A stretch of DNA of 64,000 nucleotides from Amoeboaphelidium protococcarum X5 (Eukaryota; Fungi; Aphelidiomycota): NCBI GenBank assembly GCA_023515725.1, contig JALDTO010000098.1, positions 894,164 to 958,163 on the forward strand, read 5' to 3'. This document shows, piece by piece, positions 39,412-52,700 of the stretch; position 1 is the first letter of the stretch, and each line of letters begins with the position of its first letter. A program made the translations under genes and the position numbers. Below the pieces are notes generated by a model. The model was not told the origin of the DNA, did not search any database, and saw only the letters and a program-made list of their open reading frames with translations.

Positions 39412-40053
39412 TTTTAACTTCACCGTTTATAAGTATTACTGATAATGTGTTGAGTTGTAATTGAATGGGGTAGCGGCGAAAGTAAAAGAGAGCTCGCGCG
39501 CGGTCGGAACGTTTAAACGCGAAACTGTCGCCAGAAGCAGAAGGATTAACAAGTTGCTGGTAGAGTACAGTATGGCTTTCTATGCTGAGACAAAGGGACA
39601 TTAAAAATAGTCTTTTGGATAATATAGCTACCCACTCAACAATTTTTAATTTGCGCCACTAAATATTTTTATTTTATTTTTACTCAAAAAGTTTTTACTT
39701 TTCGAAATGTGGCATGAGATCACACATCTGGGAAATCTTTGGGCTTCTTCAACATTTTACACACCGGCGCCTCAACATAGCCAGACGGAATGCGCCTCTT
39801 AGTATCTTCAAGTATTCCAGCCTTGATCATGACTTCCAACAATCCTTCGCAATTCCAAGTACATAGCAGTAACTCATTGTTGATATCCATCTTGGCGTGG
39901 GGAATGCAAGTAGTCGCCACCGCCCGAGGAGTCTTCAGCTGTGAATCCGCCGCCAGTCAATTCCCTCCTTTCTTTCTTTCCCTTTAATTGCGGCGATTAA
40001 ACAAACGTTATCCATTCACTTCTACTTACTTATTAGTTCCGTATTTAAATAAA

Positions 40054-40630
40054 ATGGTAAGTTCTGACTTTAATGAGCATAGAAATTTAATAATTACTGT
40101 TTATATTATTAATGTGAGTGTAGAGTAATACTTTGAGACCGTACTTGAACGCTGTTCGCTCCAGTCTGACAGCTGCCATGTGTATGGAGAACTTTAGCTC
40201 GCAGATTGTGGAGCGACACAACAAGCCTGAGATCGAGGCTCAGTCCAGCAAGGAGTGTCTGCTGACTCCAATTCATATCTGCCGTACGGAGGCGGAGCGG
40301 GTGTTGATTGAAGGCTCTGTGAACAGTTTGCGTGTGAGCATCAAGATCAAGCAGGCGGATGACATTGAGAAGATTCTGGCCAAGAAGTTTACTCGTTTCC
40401 TGATGCAGCGTGCTGAGAACTTTGTTATTTTGAGGAGAAAGGCTGCTCATCCAGACTATGACATTTCATTTTTGATTACTAATGTTCATACTGAGACCAT
40501 GTTGAAGCATAAGATTGTGGATTTCGTTGTCTCGTTCATGGAGGAGATTGATAAGGAGATCTCTGAGATGAAGATTGGACTGAACTCTCGCGCTCGTATT
40601 GTTGCTGAATAGTTTATGGTGGCCTTCTGA
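40054..40630 (+). CDS. ARPC4: Arp2/3 complex subunit 4 (p20)
   Basis: ATG-only first exon, intron 40057-40123, then [36 protein letters not shown]...RARIVAEQFMVAF. Confidence 0.97.
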
Positions 40631-40818
40631 GTTGATATATGTTTGTGAATCTCTTGGTATTTGAATAATAATAAGATATTTTCTGTACTTGGTCTTTATG
40701 AGGTTAAAATAGTCTTGATACAATCATCTTTATAACTTTTATTCATCATCAAAATAGTATTCATTAGTACAATTTTAGATCATCATTTACTCATCTTTAT
40801 AGTACTGCTAGATCTCTT

Positions 40819-43800
40819 TCAGTATACTCTCAGCTGTTGATACTCTTTCATTATATCCATGATTTCGTCCGCATCACTAGTTTAGAAAATCAACTTGACA
40901 TCACGAGAGATACTGACCAACATGAGACTCTCTGCATCAACAGCGGTGGACCCAATCTGGCCATAAGTCAATGAAACAGCAGCCTGCTTAGACATCTCAG
41001 GACTAACGTGCACTCCATCTCCATCCACCAGGAGCCAGCATTGTCTAGGAATTTCACTCGAGTAGTTCTATTGCACAGAGAATATGGATGCACCATAGTA
41101 CTTCCATGCCGTACGGATCTTGTTCATGTACAATTTCTTGCACTCTGCCGGCGTTCTCTTTCTCAATGAAGAGTGTTCACGCTTAATCATCACTAATAAC
41201 TCATTACTTCTCATCTGGACGGGTACATACTTTTACATCACGCTGTTGTAATCCAATTACTTACTTGGATGTTCATCTCCATTCTCTGCCTGACACTTGA
41301 ACGCAGCCAACATGGCCAAATCATCCACCGATGCAGGATATCTCAAATTTAGTACGTCACTGGTGGCAAAATGCATCATAAGCTCTTCCTCAATCTCATT
41401 AGGAGACGATATCTGCGGACTAGCATAGATTCTGCGGCGAATAACCAACTGATACGGACAATCTTTCAAACTTGCCTTCTTCATGTCCTTGTCCCAATTG
41501 CCGAGAACATCTGACAACTTAGTCTGCTCTAGGATATGCTTCATCTAACCAGTTGCAATTGTTCTAATATACAATGCAAAGCCGTAAGAATCTTAAAGCT
41601 TCAGCTTCTGCAAGAATAAAGCCAAAATCTCCCTGCACAGAGAGTGAGGAGTAAAGCCCAACGCACGATACTGACCATCTGGAAGATAAATCCTAGCACT
41701 AACAGAAGCCAATTTACAAACTGCCATAATTTCATCCTGTGAAGGTGGGCACAGTCGCGGATCTGTCTGCATATTTTTCGCCATAGTCTTGCTGCAGTAC
41801 TTGGCAAAGGCAACTTCATCGCGACGCATCAAATCACCAGGAGTCTTCTGCTCAATCACAGAGTATCGCCGCAAATGACTTCTTAGTAAATCAATCACGT
41901 CAGCAGACTTGGGCCTCAGACAACCACAAGTGACAGCCAGAGTCCGCCAAAAGAACAGGGCGCTTTTACTATTAGGATCAGAATACTCCGTGGTGTATTT
42001 GATCAGCTGCATGTACAGTTCATCAATCAAGCGAGGCTCTTCAAATCCACGATGAACAATTCTTCCAATCTGTACCCATTCCGGATGTTGGCTCACAGAT
42101 GCTCTCTATCCACCAGCGTTACCTCCTCTTAAGGTACCACTACTTCCCAGACTTTCGTTCAAACCAGCAGTTTTGATATTCAAAGAACGACCACTTCCTG
42201 CAATTGACGTCAAATTAGTTTAAACAAAAGAATTAGCAGCTTCTTGAAGAAGTAGAGACAGTCTTTGAGCGGCAGAGTTTAGAGATTAATCTTTAGCCAG
42301 AGACACCAGTAAAGGAGCTTGCACTGTCAAAATTCTGATCGGCCATTCATTGACAATCTGATTGATCTGTGCGTCTGAGAGTGCTTACTATTACTACTAT
42401 TACTCCACTTGCGGTGGTACTTACACAAATGACTCCGGAAACTGATTACTTTACTGCTATTATTACTCGAACATCTAGGCTACATTAGACGCGGATCTCT
42501 ACTAAAAACTTATCAGCTACTTCTTCAGTAGTGTAAAACGCGATTTATCCAAGTCTTTCGCCAGCAAACTCATCTCCGCTTCACTTACAACTAAATCCCT
42601 ATCCTTCTTAGCACCACTTTTCATACTATATTCCTTGAGAAGCAGAGCTACTTCTTCAGGAGCCTTGCTAGCAAACTTATAATTCTCTGTAAGTAAATCA
42701 TTCTAACCATTGACCATATTGCGCTAAATCGATATTGTGATCATTTCAGCGTCCACCTCCCAACCAATAACTTTCTCATAATTAAAGAAATCAATTATGG
42801 TCTTGCTCTTTAACATGAAGAAAAGACCAATTGCAGATACCGCCAAAACAACATTCTCTGGATGCTACCAGAATCCTTTGAACTTGACAGCAAACAAAGT
42901 GGCCCCAAAATACTGAAAATGGTGCAGCGCGTCGATAAACATTAACTTGGCTTACAAATTGCTTTTACCTTTCAACTTCTGATGGTAATCAGATATCTGT
43001 TGGATCCATTCATCTTCGGAGTAACGCTCGGCAATGCTTAAAGGAACATACTTTTGCAGATCAAAAGCCGATCCATAAGTGTTCGGATCGTAATCTCCCC
43101 AATCGATAAACATCTTCAATGCAGCAAGTTAACAAGCAAATTTATCAGTGAGAGGATACTTCTCACGAATGACATCGTTTGCGTGTTGGGCGTATATTAA
43201 GCTAAACTCAATAGGATTCCGAGGAACCTCGTTTGGATCTTTAAACAGGCGTTTCTTCAGACAAATCTTGTAATCAAGAACAGAACCGCCTTTCTTAGGA
43301 GACAGCTGATTATTAGATCCTTACTTGGACAATTTCGGATTAGAATTATTGGCGGTGAAGCTCATCATTGCCAGAGGACTCGACACAGATCGGCCAGATT
43401 TTCGAGATATTGTTGAAGTTAAACTTATAGACGAAGATTTGGATTCAACCAAAGATTTTGCGGCACGCTCCTCCCAAGAAGCATAAATGTCCGCAATATA
43501 ATCCGTAGATCTTAGCACTCTTTCTTCGAATGGTTCGTCTTACACTTCGACCAAGCACCATCCGCTCATATCTTGAATAGACAATCTAAATCCCAACTCC
43601 TTTACAACCTCAGCCGCAGTCATTGTCAAGGTCATTGGAAAGCCTTTAATTTGACCATCCATAAGAGAAATGCGACACAGAACAGGAGACATATCAATAG
43701 TTGAGGTGATCTCCTCTGAAGTTACTGTATGTTTACGCGCTCCATTGGTGAGAATTTTACGCACAGTCTACTCACAATAAACGGCACATCTCTGAATTAC

Positions 43801-46800
43801 AGATTTGTACTCAGCTTTCTTATCAGGTGCAGAATTCAAAGAGTAATAGTGGAGGAGATATTTGGAAAATACTTTAGATGGCGGGAACGTTTAGCTATAA
43901 AGCATCAATAGGTGCCATCCATTCATAATCCAATCATTCCAATTCTTCATCGACTACGAATCAGGACTAGGAGTAATCTGCCTTATCACCTGGATATATA
44001 ACTCATCCCTCAACTCTGGATTACCGAGCCCAAACTCAATCATCTTTCGGACTATAGCAATTGATTCATCACCTTTTTTCAATCCAAAATCCAAGTACTT
44101 ATTTAAATGCTTAAAACAATCGATCGCAAAGTTGACAATCACAGGCTTCTTGATATTAATGATCGATGAAGGAAGAGGGTGTTTGGTATAGCTGAGCATC
44201 GCGCTTATATCAAGAGTCTTACCAGCAGCTTTTTTCTTAGAGAACGTAGCGGCTATGGTCGAATTACCACCAGTCTAGCTGTGTTAATTAAAAAATTTCT
44301 CAGCAAAAGCTCTAAGACTTTTATCCTCCTCAACGACATTCACTCCCTATTCCTTCAGCTTTGCAGCCAACGGATTAAAGCGCAACTTTGCAGGAGGCTC
44401 TGGTGGTTGCACATTTTATTGCACGGGCAGAGCAGGCTTCTGATTTTCATCAGTGGCCGCAGCATTAGTACTGTCTTAGATACTTAACTTGGCAGTCTAA
44501 TCAGTCACTTGTTACTCAATTGTCGCAGACTAATCATGATCAGCCATCTGAGCTTATTGCTTACCCTCATTCCCAATAGAATCAGCATCTAAAGCATTGT
44601 TAGAACGGACACGCTGCACCGCAGCATTAATATCTTCCTCATTGAGTTTGAAAATATCTTCCATTTCCTCAATGATGATAGCTTCTTCTTCATTAATAGA
44701 AGAGTTCTGAATCTGATCAGATCCATTAATATCATCCAGAAAGGAAAATAGCATATCAAGCTCTCCCTTCTTAGCAGGTACAGCAGATTGACGCTTCTAG
44801 TTTTCCAACATTACAGTCTATCTCTTCTTGCGCTAATCAACCAATGATTGCAGTTGTATCTCGTCTTCGGTAGGAGGCTTAACCACCGCCGCCTGAGGTG
44901 GAGCTATACTCATAGGAGGTGGCAGAGGTGGAGGAAGAGAACTTAAATCCACCAACGGAACATTGGGCTACCCATTCACCTCCCCAATAGATGCAGACTT
45001 CACCAACTGCTGAGGCTGAAAACTCAACTTAAGAGCAGCTTCCTTCTACTAGGCTAATGCCAACTCCTAAGCCTTCTTCTCAGCTTTCAATTGTCTAAGA
45101 TAATCTCGAGCAAACCATCCTCTCACTGCAGACTAGATCTAAATACAAGCAGCCCGCATAGCGATATAGCGATTCCTTATCAAATGACTACGGATAATGT
45201 ACTGCAACTTTAGCGCAGCATTCCTCTAGGCAAGAAATCTCTATCTGTACAACTTGCCCTTGTAAGTCTTTTGCAAAAGAATAATCATCCTACTCTTCCT
45301 CTGCTCATTTTCCACAATCAATTTATCCAGCGCCTACTACTTCAAAAACAACTTGGTCTAGCCGAGCTTGTAATTCTTAGGCTCAATCTTCAGCGCATTC
45401 ATCAACTTTAGGCACGCATCTCTTACGTTCCCATGGGCTGAATCTGGAATTAAAAACCTAAACTTGTTCACCACTAGTTCATACTAGAATCTCAACGGGA
45501 AACCAATCTTTCTGATCTTTATCGTCTCCATCATTCCCGCATATCTGAGCTGGGCCAAAGTCAACTCTGGATCAAACACAAAAGCCTTCTTCTCCCAATT
45601 GGGCTTAATGCAGCGGACATAATGCGGTGTGGTGGCACCAAGAGTATTAACTAGAGATATCAACTGATTCTTGAAGTTTGAGCCAGCAGTTGCTTTTCCC
45701 TTAGATTGCTATGACTGAGCAGGAGTGACCTCCTTCTTAAACAACTTCTATACCAACTGCAATGATGATGATTAAAACAACTCAACAATTTCTTCAGGTA
45801 CCGCATCTCTGTTTTTATCTAGGAACCCAGCGATCTAATACGTAACCTCACCGGCATAATGCTTTATACCAAAACAACCTTTTGCAGTTCGCGGCTTTAC
45901 ATAGTGCTCATTCTTAATCAACTGATCATGCATCTTCTACAAATAAGTCTCTTCAGCACCTTTTGGCATCTTACACTCCTCATCGAGCAAGGATAGAACA
46001 CCTAGCTTCCCTTCAATCAAATCAATGCACGCCTGGTTGTCTTTATAATCAATACTCGCCACATCAATTCCCTCTCTAACGTACTCCTGCATCTCAAGCT
46101 TGAATATAAACTGGTTAAAGAACTACTACAACTTCTCGTTGGTGTAATTAATACACAGCTACTCGAAACTGTTAACTTCAAACAACTCAAAACCAAAAAT
46201 ATCCAAAACTCCAATAAAATTATCTGGCTACTTGTTGGACGCGGTCGAATTATTGATGTGCTCAATGAGATAGATAAACAGCTTATCATACAGAGTCTTT
46301 GCAATTGAATCTCTATTGTCAACGGCCTGCTCCAGCTTCAGGGGGACTAGAGTACTTTCATTTCTTACAGTGATCTTTCTATTCAGCAGACATGTGCTCA
46401 ATTTACTTACATCAATACCGAGAAGACTGCAAATTAGAGTGATACTTCCTTGAGATTAAGCATTTAGAGCAGAGACCTCAGTCTTGTCATCCTTGACAAA
46501 TTCTACGTTTCCCAAATGCAAGATAGACGATACAACTTTAAATGTAGAATCAACATCCTGCATATTCATTTTCAGCACCGACAGCGCCAACTTTAAAGCT
46601 TCAAAATTCTTTCCATCATTAACACCATTGATCGCCACACAGCCGCTATGATTAAGATATCTATAAGCTGATGCATCTTTTAACAGCTGATAAAGCTTCT
46701 TCTCCTCTGTTCCCGACCCAGAAAGCATTTCATAGAACACATGGTAATTTCTCTCTGTATTGGCTTGCTTAACTACTCTGCTCTTCTCCAACAAATAGTT

Positions 46801-47504
46801 TATGATATTAGCTCCAATGATCGACTGCTTCCTGTCAAACAGAACCTGTACAAATTTACCGAATCGAGAAGAATTGTTATTTCTCACAGTCTTTGCATTG
46901 CCAAAGCTCTCCAACACAGTGTTGGCTTCCAAAATCTATTGCTCCACCCAAGATTACTACCCGTCACCAGCCTAAGATGTAACCGCAGTCAAATACTGCA
47001 AAATCACTTTGGTAGACTCTGTTTTCCCTGAACCACTCTCACCTACATAATATGAATCGAAAGTTTTATGAGTATTAACTGACATTATAATGCAGTCATA
47101 CCTGATATGATGATAGACTGATTCTGCTGAAAGTTGCGCACATTTGAGAAGGCAATCTCTGCAATCGCAAAAATGTGTGGACTATTCTCACTAAGCAATT
47201 TGCCTTGATACTTTGATATCAGATCCACTCCATAGATTTACAATCTCTAGAAGGGATTCAATGCAACCAGAATACTCCCAGTATAAGTCTACACTCATAC
47301 TCTCATAAGATATTATATAAGCTTTAAATATGAAATAAATGGACTTACATATATCAACTTTTGCTAATATCGCAAATTCAAGTTTTGCATCAAAGAGTCT
47401 TCTGACAACTCTGGCAGATGGATCATATCCTCCACGCTTTCTACAATTAAACTAGTGATTCTGAACTTTTGAAGATTATCAAGCTACAACTTACCTTGAG
47501 CCAT
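40819..47504 (-). CDS. Unconventional myosin with IQ motifs and tandem MyTH4-FERM tails (myosin VII/XXII-like)
   Basis: [69 protein letters not shown] motifs, Pro-rich linker, two MyTH4 (LRDELYIQ; LIDELYMQL) each followed by FERM (YFGATLF; YYGASIF). Three 5' introns. Confidence 0.92.
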
Positions 47505-47956
47505 TCTGTGCCACTAGTTGAAATATTAAGCTGTATAAGTAGATGCTTAAACAAAATAGAATCAGTTCAACCCCAGAAAGTAAAGAAACTTTGAAACAAT
47601 CAAAATGGAAAAGATGAAACAAAGGCGAAAAGATCAGCATGACTTGAAACAGAAATCGTTCTACAGTATAACCCTTGAAATCAATCCTTTTCTAAACACA
47701 CTAAATTGTAACTTACATAACAAAGCTATTATCCTCGTATACGGGCCGCTGTTTCAATCGAATAATAAATTGTAAAAAAGTCCATAGAAGCGCAGTTTGA
47801 GCTGATAACAGTCAATCACAGTACATATTTCTATTCATTATTCTATTTCATTCGATTATTAAATTATCTTACTCAATTCATTCAAACTCCTATAACGCGT
47901 ATTATACTAACTCTCTCTTCATTTTTGCCTTTCAAATTTACTTTTTAAATACTTCA

Positions 47957-48607
47957 TCAGTGATGCTAGCTAATTTATTACTCTGCTGCTTAGAGCAATA
48001 ATCCTAAACCATCACAATGTTGTGTTCCGTCACTCTATTGATTCAATCGAAGTTTAGGTGCTGTAATCTAGAAACAATCAGTGCCAGTATGTAGATTGAC
48101 AAGAGAGTCCATACACTACCTATAATTTTGACCAATTTACTTTCTAGGAGGTCGCGGAGAGTTAATCATGTTAGAATTGAAATCAAGATCAGGAGAATGA
48201 GCAAAGTTATCAACCATACCGTGATCACTACAATCTTCGATATCAAAGTTGGCAGTCATCAGTTAATCAGTTCCGGATAATGAGCGCGAAGAACGTTGTT
48301 TACTCAATTTCTTAAGCAGAACCTAGATATGACTGGAGACTTGCTTTCTCGTTCTAACTTTGCCAGTTTTCTCGAATATATAGAGGCTAATCAACTCGTT
48401 GCGACCATGCAGGTGTCCATCGGGGCCCATCAGCTTCGATCGCCCTGTATGAGGAAACTTGTGATATGCTTCCATGAAAACAGTCTCAACATCATCAGTC
48501 CATATGTCCGTCGCTGTTAGATTCTCAGCTGATCGTATACTGGACAACAACGGACTGCCCGGATCTCCGGATTCAATACTTGAGGTGAACGCTTGTGAAT
48601 TGAGCAT
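47957..48607 (-). CDS. TEA/ATTS-domain transcription factor (AbaA/Tec1/TEAD family)
   Basis: DIWTDDVETVFMEA...[28 protein letters not shown](TAG)-VL. 48607 is the first in-frame ATG; an upstream exon is not excluded. Confidence 0.9.
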
Positions 48608-48752
48608 TATTCGATTTAAACTTTCCAATGATGACGATGCAGAGCAGTGTATCGGAATCGAAAATAATATACGAATGTTGTTTGGTATTCAATGCCGATA
48701 AATTCCGAATGCAAAAAGCTTCTTTTGAGTTGAGGGTCAGTTCACGTAACCA

Positions 48753-48918
48753 GGAATGTCTAATTATAGCAGTGGTTCCATCTCACTGAGCAGAACATGT
48801 TATAAGAGAAACAGAATGCTCCATTTGATCTCGTTCCTTGGAAACGAAATAGGAATGCCCATTGTTTCTCAGTCTCTCGCAATCACATCACAAAAAAAGT
48901 TGCGTGTCAGTTGAAACA
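48753..48918. promoter_or_regulatory. Putative TEA-binding sites (CATTCY x3) and one TGAAACA element upstream of the TEA gene
   Basis: GGAATG 48753-48758, AGAATG 48813-48818, GGAATG 48852-48857, TGAAACA 48912-48918. Confidence 0.4.
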
Positions 48919-49037
48919 ATCAATCGGCCGGTGTCAAAGTGACGTGTCAATGTCTGAATTTTGAAGTCAGTCAGCATTTATGACAACTTTACTCTTCAAC
49001 ATCAGCATAATCATTATTAAAATTAAAATACTTATCA

Positions 49038-49605
49038 ATGCAGATGGTTGAAGAGATAGCGAAAGAGTAGCATCAACATATTCATCCCACGTATCAGTAA
49101 GCTTGTTCACATTGCCATTTTTTACTCAGAAACAATGCGCATATTTGTAGTCAAATGATAACACATTTGCTGAAGGAGAAGGCCAAGATGACGCGTCAAT
49201 AGCTGCAAAAGGAGATGAAGGAGTATTACGATGTGCCTGAAGGCTTTGAAAAGCATCTCCATAAGGTCCTGAGAGAGATGTTTGAAAAGGGTGATGTCAA
49301 GCATCCACCTGGTCGCCACCCTAACACATATCAATTACCGAGGAATACTCACAAGAAGGTAAGTTAATAACATTGAAGTATGTAATAGTATTGTATTGCT
49401 ATGTCTGTAGCCGGGAAAGATGAGATCAACTATTGATCATGGAGTGTCTTCATCCTCGAAACAACAAGAGTAGAAGAAGGCAGCCGCAGAGGAAGAGAAT
49501 GGGAATTAAGTGGCGGCGGAATCTAAAGCGTCTGATCGTCAAGAGAACGGCTAAAGCTCAACGACAAAATCGCCGCGTAAATCCAGAGGGAGAGCGAAAT
49601 AGTGA
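49038..49605 (+). CDS. Divergent linker histone H1 (H15 winged-helix domain) protein
   Basis: After removing introns 49097-49150 and 49359-49410: HPTYHQMITHLLKEKAKMTRQQLQKEMKEYYDVPEGFEKHLHKVLREMFEKGDVKHPPGRHPNTYQL, followed by a tail ending SPRKSRGRAKQ. Confidence 0.7.
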
Positions 49606-49799
49606 ATCGCTTCAACTAGCTATGCACTTTTATTATATTGCAATATGCATGTAATCACTTAATTGAAATAAATGTTATAATTGCTTCTACATATAATCGC
49701 TTCTATTCGTTCACTTCTAAAGCATAAATGATGCGCGCATACAACTCCAAAATAGTTCGAGGATTACTGTAAATGCCATTTATAAACTGATAATTGAAA

Positions 49800-52700
49800 T
49801 CAGCGCAGTAATCTTTGAAACTTCTCCTTATAGAACTCTCTAAACTTTGAGTCTGGAATCTCGTCTATCAGATATCGCGCCTTTTCCAAATGTTTGAAAG
49901 CTTCTTGCGCCTTTATAAGATCATTATTCCCATACAAATCTTTTTTGACATAATGAACATCAGGCAAGGCCTTCCAGAATATATTTACACCAACAGATGG
50001 ACTGCCACCGTCTGAAAGAGCGACAGTCTGATGGATCCAAAGAGAAGGAATGTAAAGCACATCACCAGGTTCCAGAATCACAAACTTTGCGTGCTTAACA
50101 GCTTCATTATAAAACCTGGGATACTTGTGCATATACTCTTCAGCATTTTTGACAACTTAATCATTAAATGGTGTCGCATGCGGCGCGTAGATAAATGTTA
50201 CGGGTGAACTGCTTGAATTCATATCCGGCTCAATGTAAAGATTACTCATCTGAGATGGAGGGAATAGAACCACCAGCTTACGACCACTCAGCTGCATCAG
50301 AGCATTATCCATAATGTCAAAATGAGGCCACATCTGAAGACCATCAGAACTAATACGCAAAACTGATGAAAAGTAATTAGGCAGTTTCGCAAAGTCCTCA
50401 AGAGTCATCGCCGCTGATACTTCTTGATCTGACACAGCTGCTACTCCCATAAGTTTTCTAATCAACCAGATGGGTAGCTAAACATCATTAGCCAGTCGAG
50501 GAAATTACTTCGCTAAGCACGATGCCTATTTCCGCGGATTCTCCCCAATTGAGCGGAAATATCGATGACTAGAGGGCGACTTACCACCAGGAGTAGAAAA
50601 GATGTCATCCACAAACTGCGACCACGTACACACATCAAAGTTATAGTTCTTCTCCGGAGCAAATTAAAGAACTGAGGAATCGCACGTGTGATAGCTTACT
50701 TTAGTATCATGAGACAACAGTGCATCTAAATAGTTTCGTGGCCCAAACGCAGATTGACCGCAATTATTCAATGCAGCTCTAGCAACAAATGCTATATCAA
50801 GATTGATATTCTCTTCCAATTAATACAGATTACGAACTTGAGTTTTAACGTTAAGCCACGGAACTTTGGTGGTCAAGTCGTTTAATGACACCTTAAAGGA
50901 TTTCTCACAGTAAGAGCCCATAGAAAAGCAGACCGCGCCACCTCCAACAACAATAAATTCATCGCTGCCTTAGTGGGATTAAACAAGATCATGGCCAATT
51001 AAGAGCTTATCATTGGAAACCCTTATAGAATCTAAACTTTTGGCCTCAATATCCAGCAAAGCCATTTAAATATAATTAGGCCCAACACCGTCTGTAATAA
51101 CTCCTTACTGCATTCCGCCGACTACTAAAAATAGATCATCTTTCCAATATACCATCTAGTGTCCAAATATACCTTTAAATGGACAATTCATGATTGCACA
51201 TGAGGATTGCCAACTCTATAAATCAACAGATAGCAGAGTCGTGTTAGAGGAGGTATTATTATCTAAACCACCAAAAATGTAAAGATTTCCACCAACAATC
51301 GACATTGCACAAGAGTGAAGATGCGGAAGATTGCAGTCGATTTCACGATGTTCATAGCTTAGCAAATCTACCATATACAGTTTATTGCTAATGGTACTAT
51401 TAATCTATCTTCCACCGTAGATTAGAAGAACATCGCGCTAATCTCCATTTTAATCCGGCAACTTAGTGTATGCGCAGCAATGTCGATATAGTCCAGGTAT
51501 GCTTAAATCGACATGATTCACAACATCAATTTGAGGAACTTGATTGTCATTAAACTTAATAATCATTTTAACTAAACGATTAGATACAAAGTTTTATCCT
51601 TGACGGCCACCATAAATAAAGAGATTGTCAGCATCATCCACAACCATGGTGTGATACATGAGTTTCTCCAGCAAATGATGCGTAAGTCTATGAACACTTT
51701 CATTATGAATTATGAGCACATCCCCACATCTTGAGCCACTTATTTTATCATAACCTCCATAAACAACAATCCTACCATTCGACAATATACACGCACTATG
51801 ACCCCATCGACTGATATCAGACTGTAATTCTAAAGGCTATTACTCAACAAATACATTCTACCTTCCGTGATAATCGATGCTTCCTTGAGATTTCTATTCT
51901 AATGAAAAAGACTTAAACACTGACTACTTCCATCCTTGCTAACTTTTACCGACTGCAATGAAATAATGAGAGCACTTTAGAAGCCATTCCTCATGCTCAT
52001 CAAAGAATTCTAAATCATCCACACGCAAACGCTCCTCCAACGATAATTCATCATTCCAAAACTGCTCCATTGTCAATAGCTCAACACCGCTCCAACCACA
52101 ATCGAGAAATCTCTTCTACTATTATGATGCAGTTGGATAATCATAGATGGCATGAATAGCTGCGTTCATCTTCACAAAATGACGCGTCATAACTTTACCA
52201 AATACATCATAAGGAAGTATCTGCTCGTACAATGCAAGCCATGAACGCTTGAATCTAGACGCGAAATAGGAAATCACCTTATTAGCATCAAGAGTGGGAA
52301 CATAAGTCAAGACACACTCTGATATGATCAGGGTAGGTGCGTTGAATGAGAATGCACTCTGCTAACTCTATGCCAAGTAACTAAGTAATTTATCAAGCTT
52401 ATCTGACTGCGTGAGATCACATCCGATGCAAAGATACTAATCTGAAGACAACAATACACCGCCGGTACTTAATTTTACATTGCTAAGCATAGAGTTCAAA
52501 TCAGGACTATCCAAAATCATTTTAATCTTTTACTTGAGCAATCTCTTGAAATCAATATCAATATACAAAGTCGATGAGTGATCTCCATACTACTACTAAG
52601 ACAACGATGATAATGATGATGATGACTATGAAAACATCTAGAAATAAGTCGCGTCATAACCGCATCCTAAATTAATAATTTGCCGCTATGCGTCTCTTTT

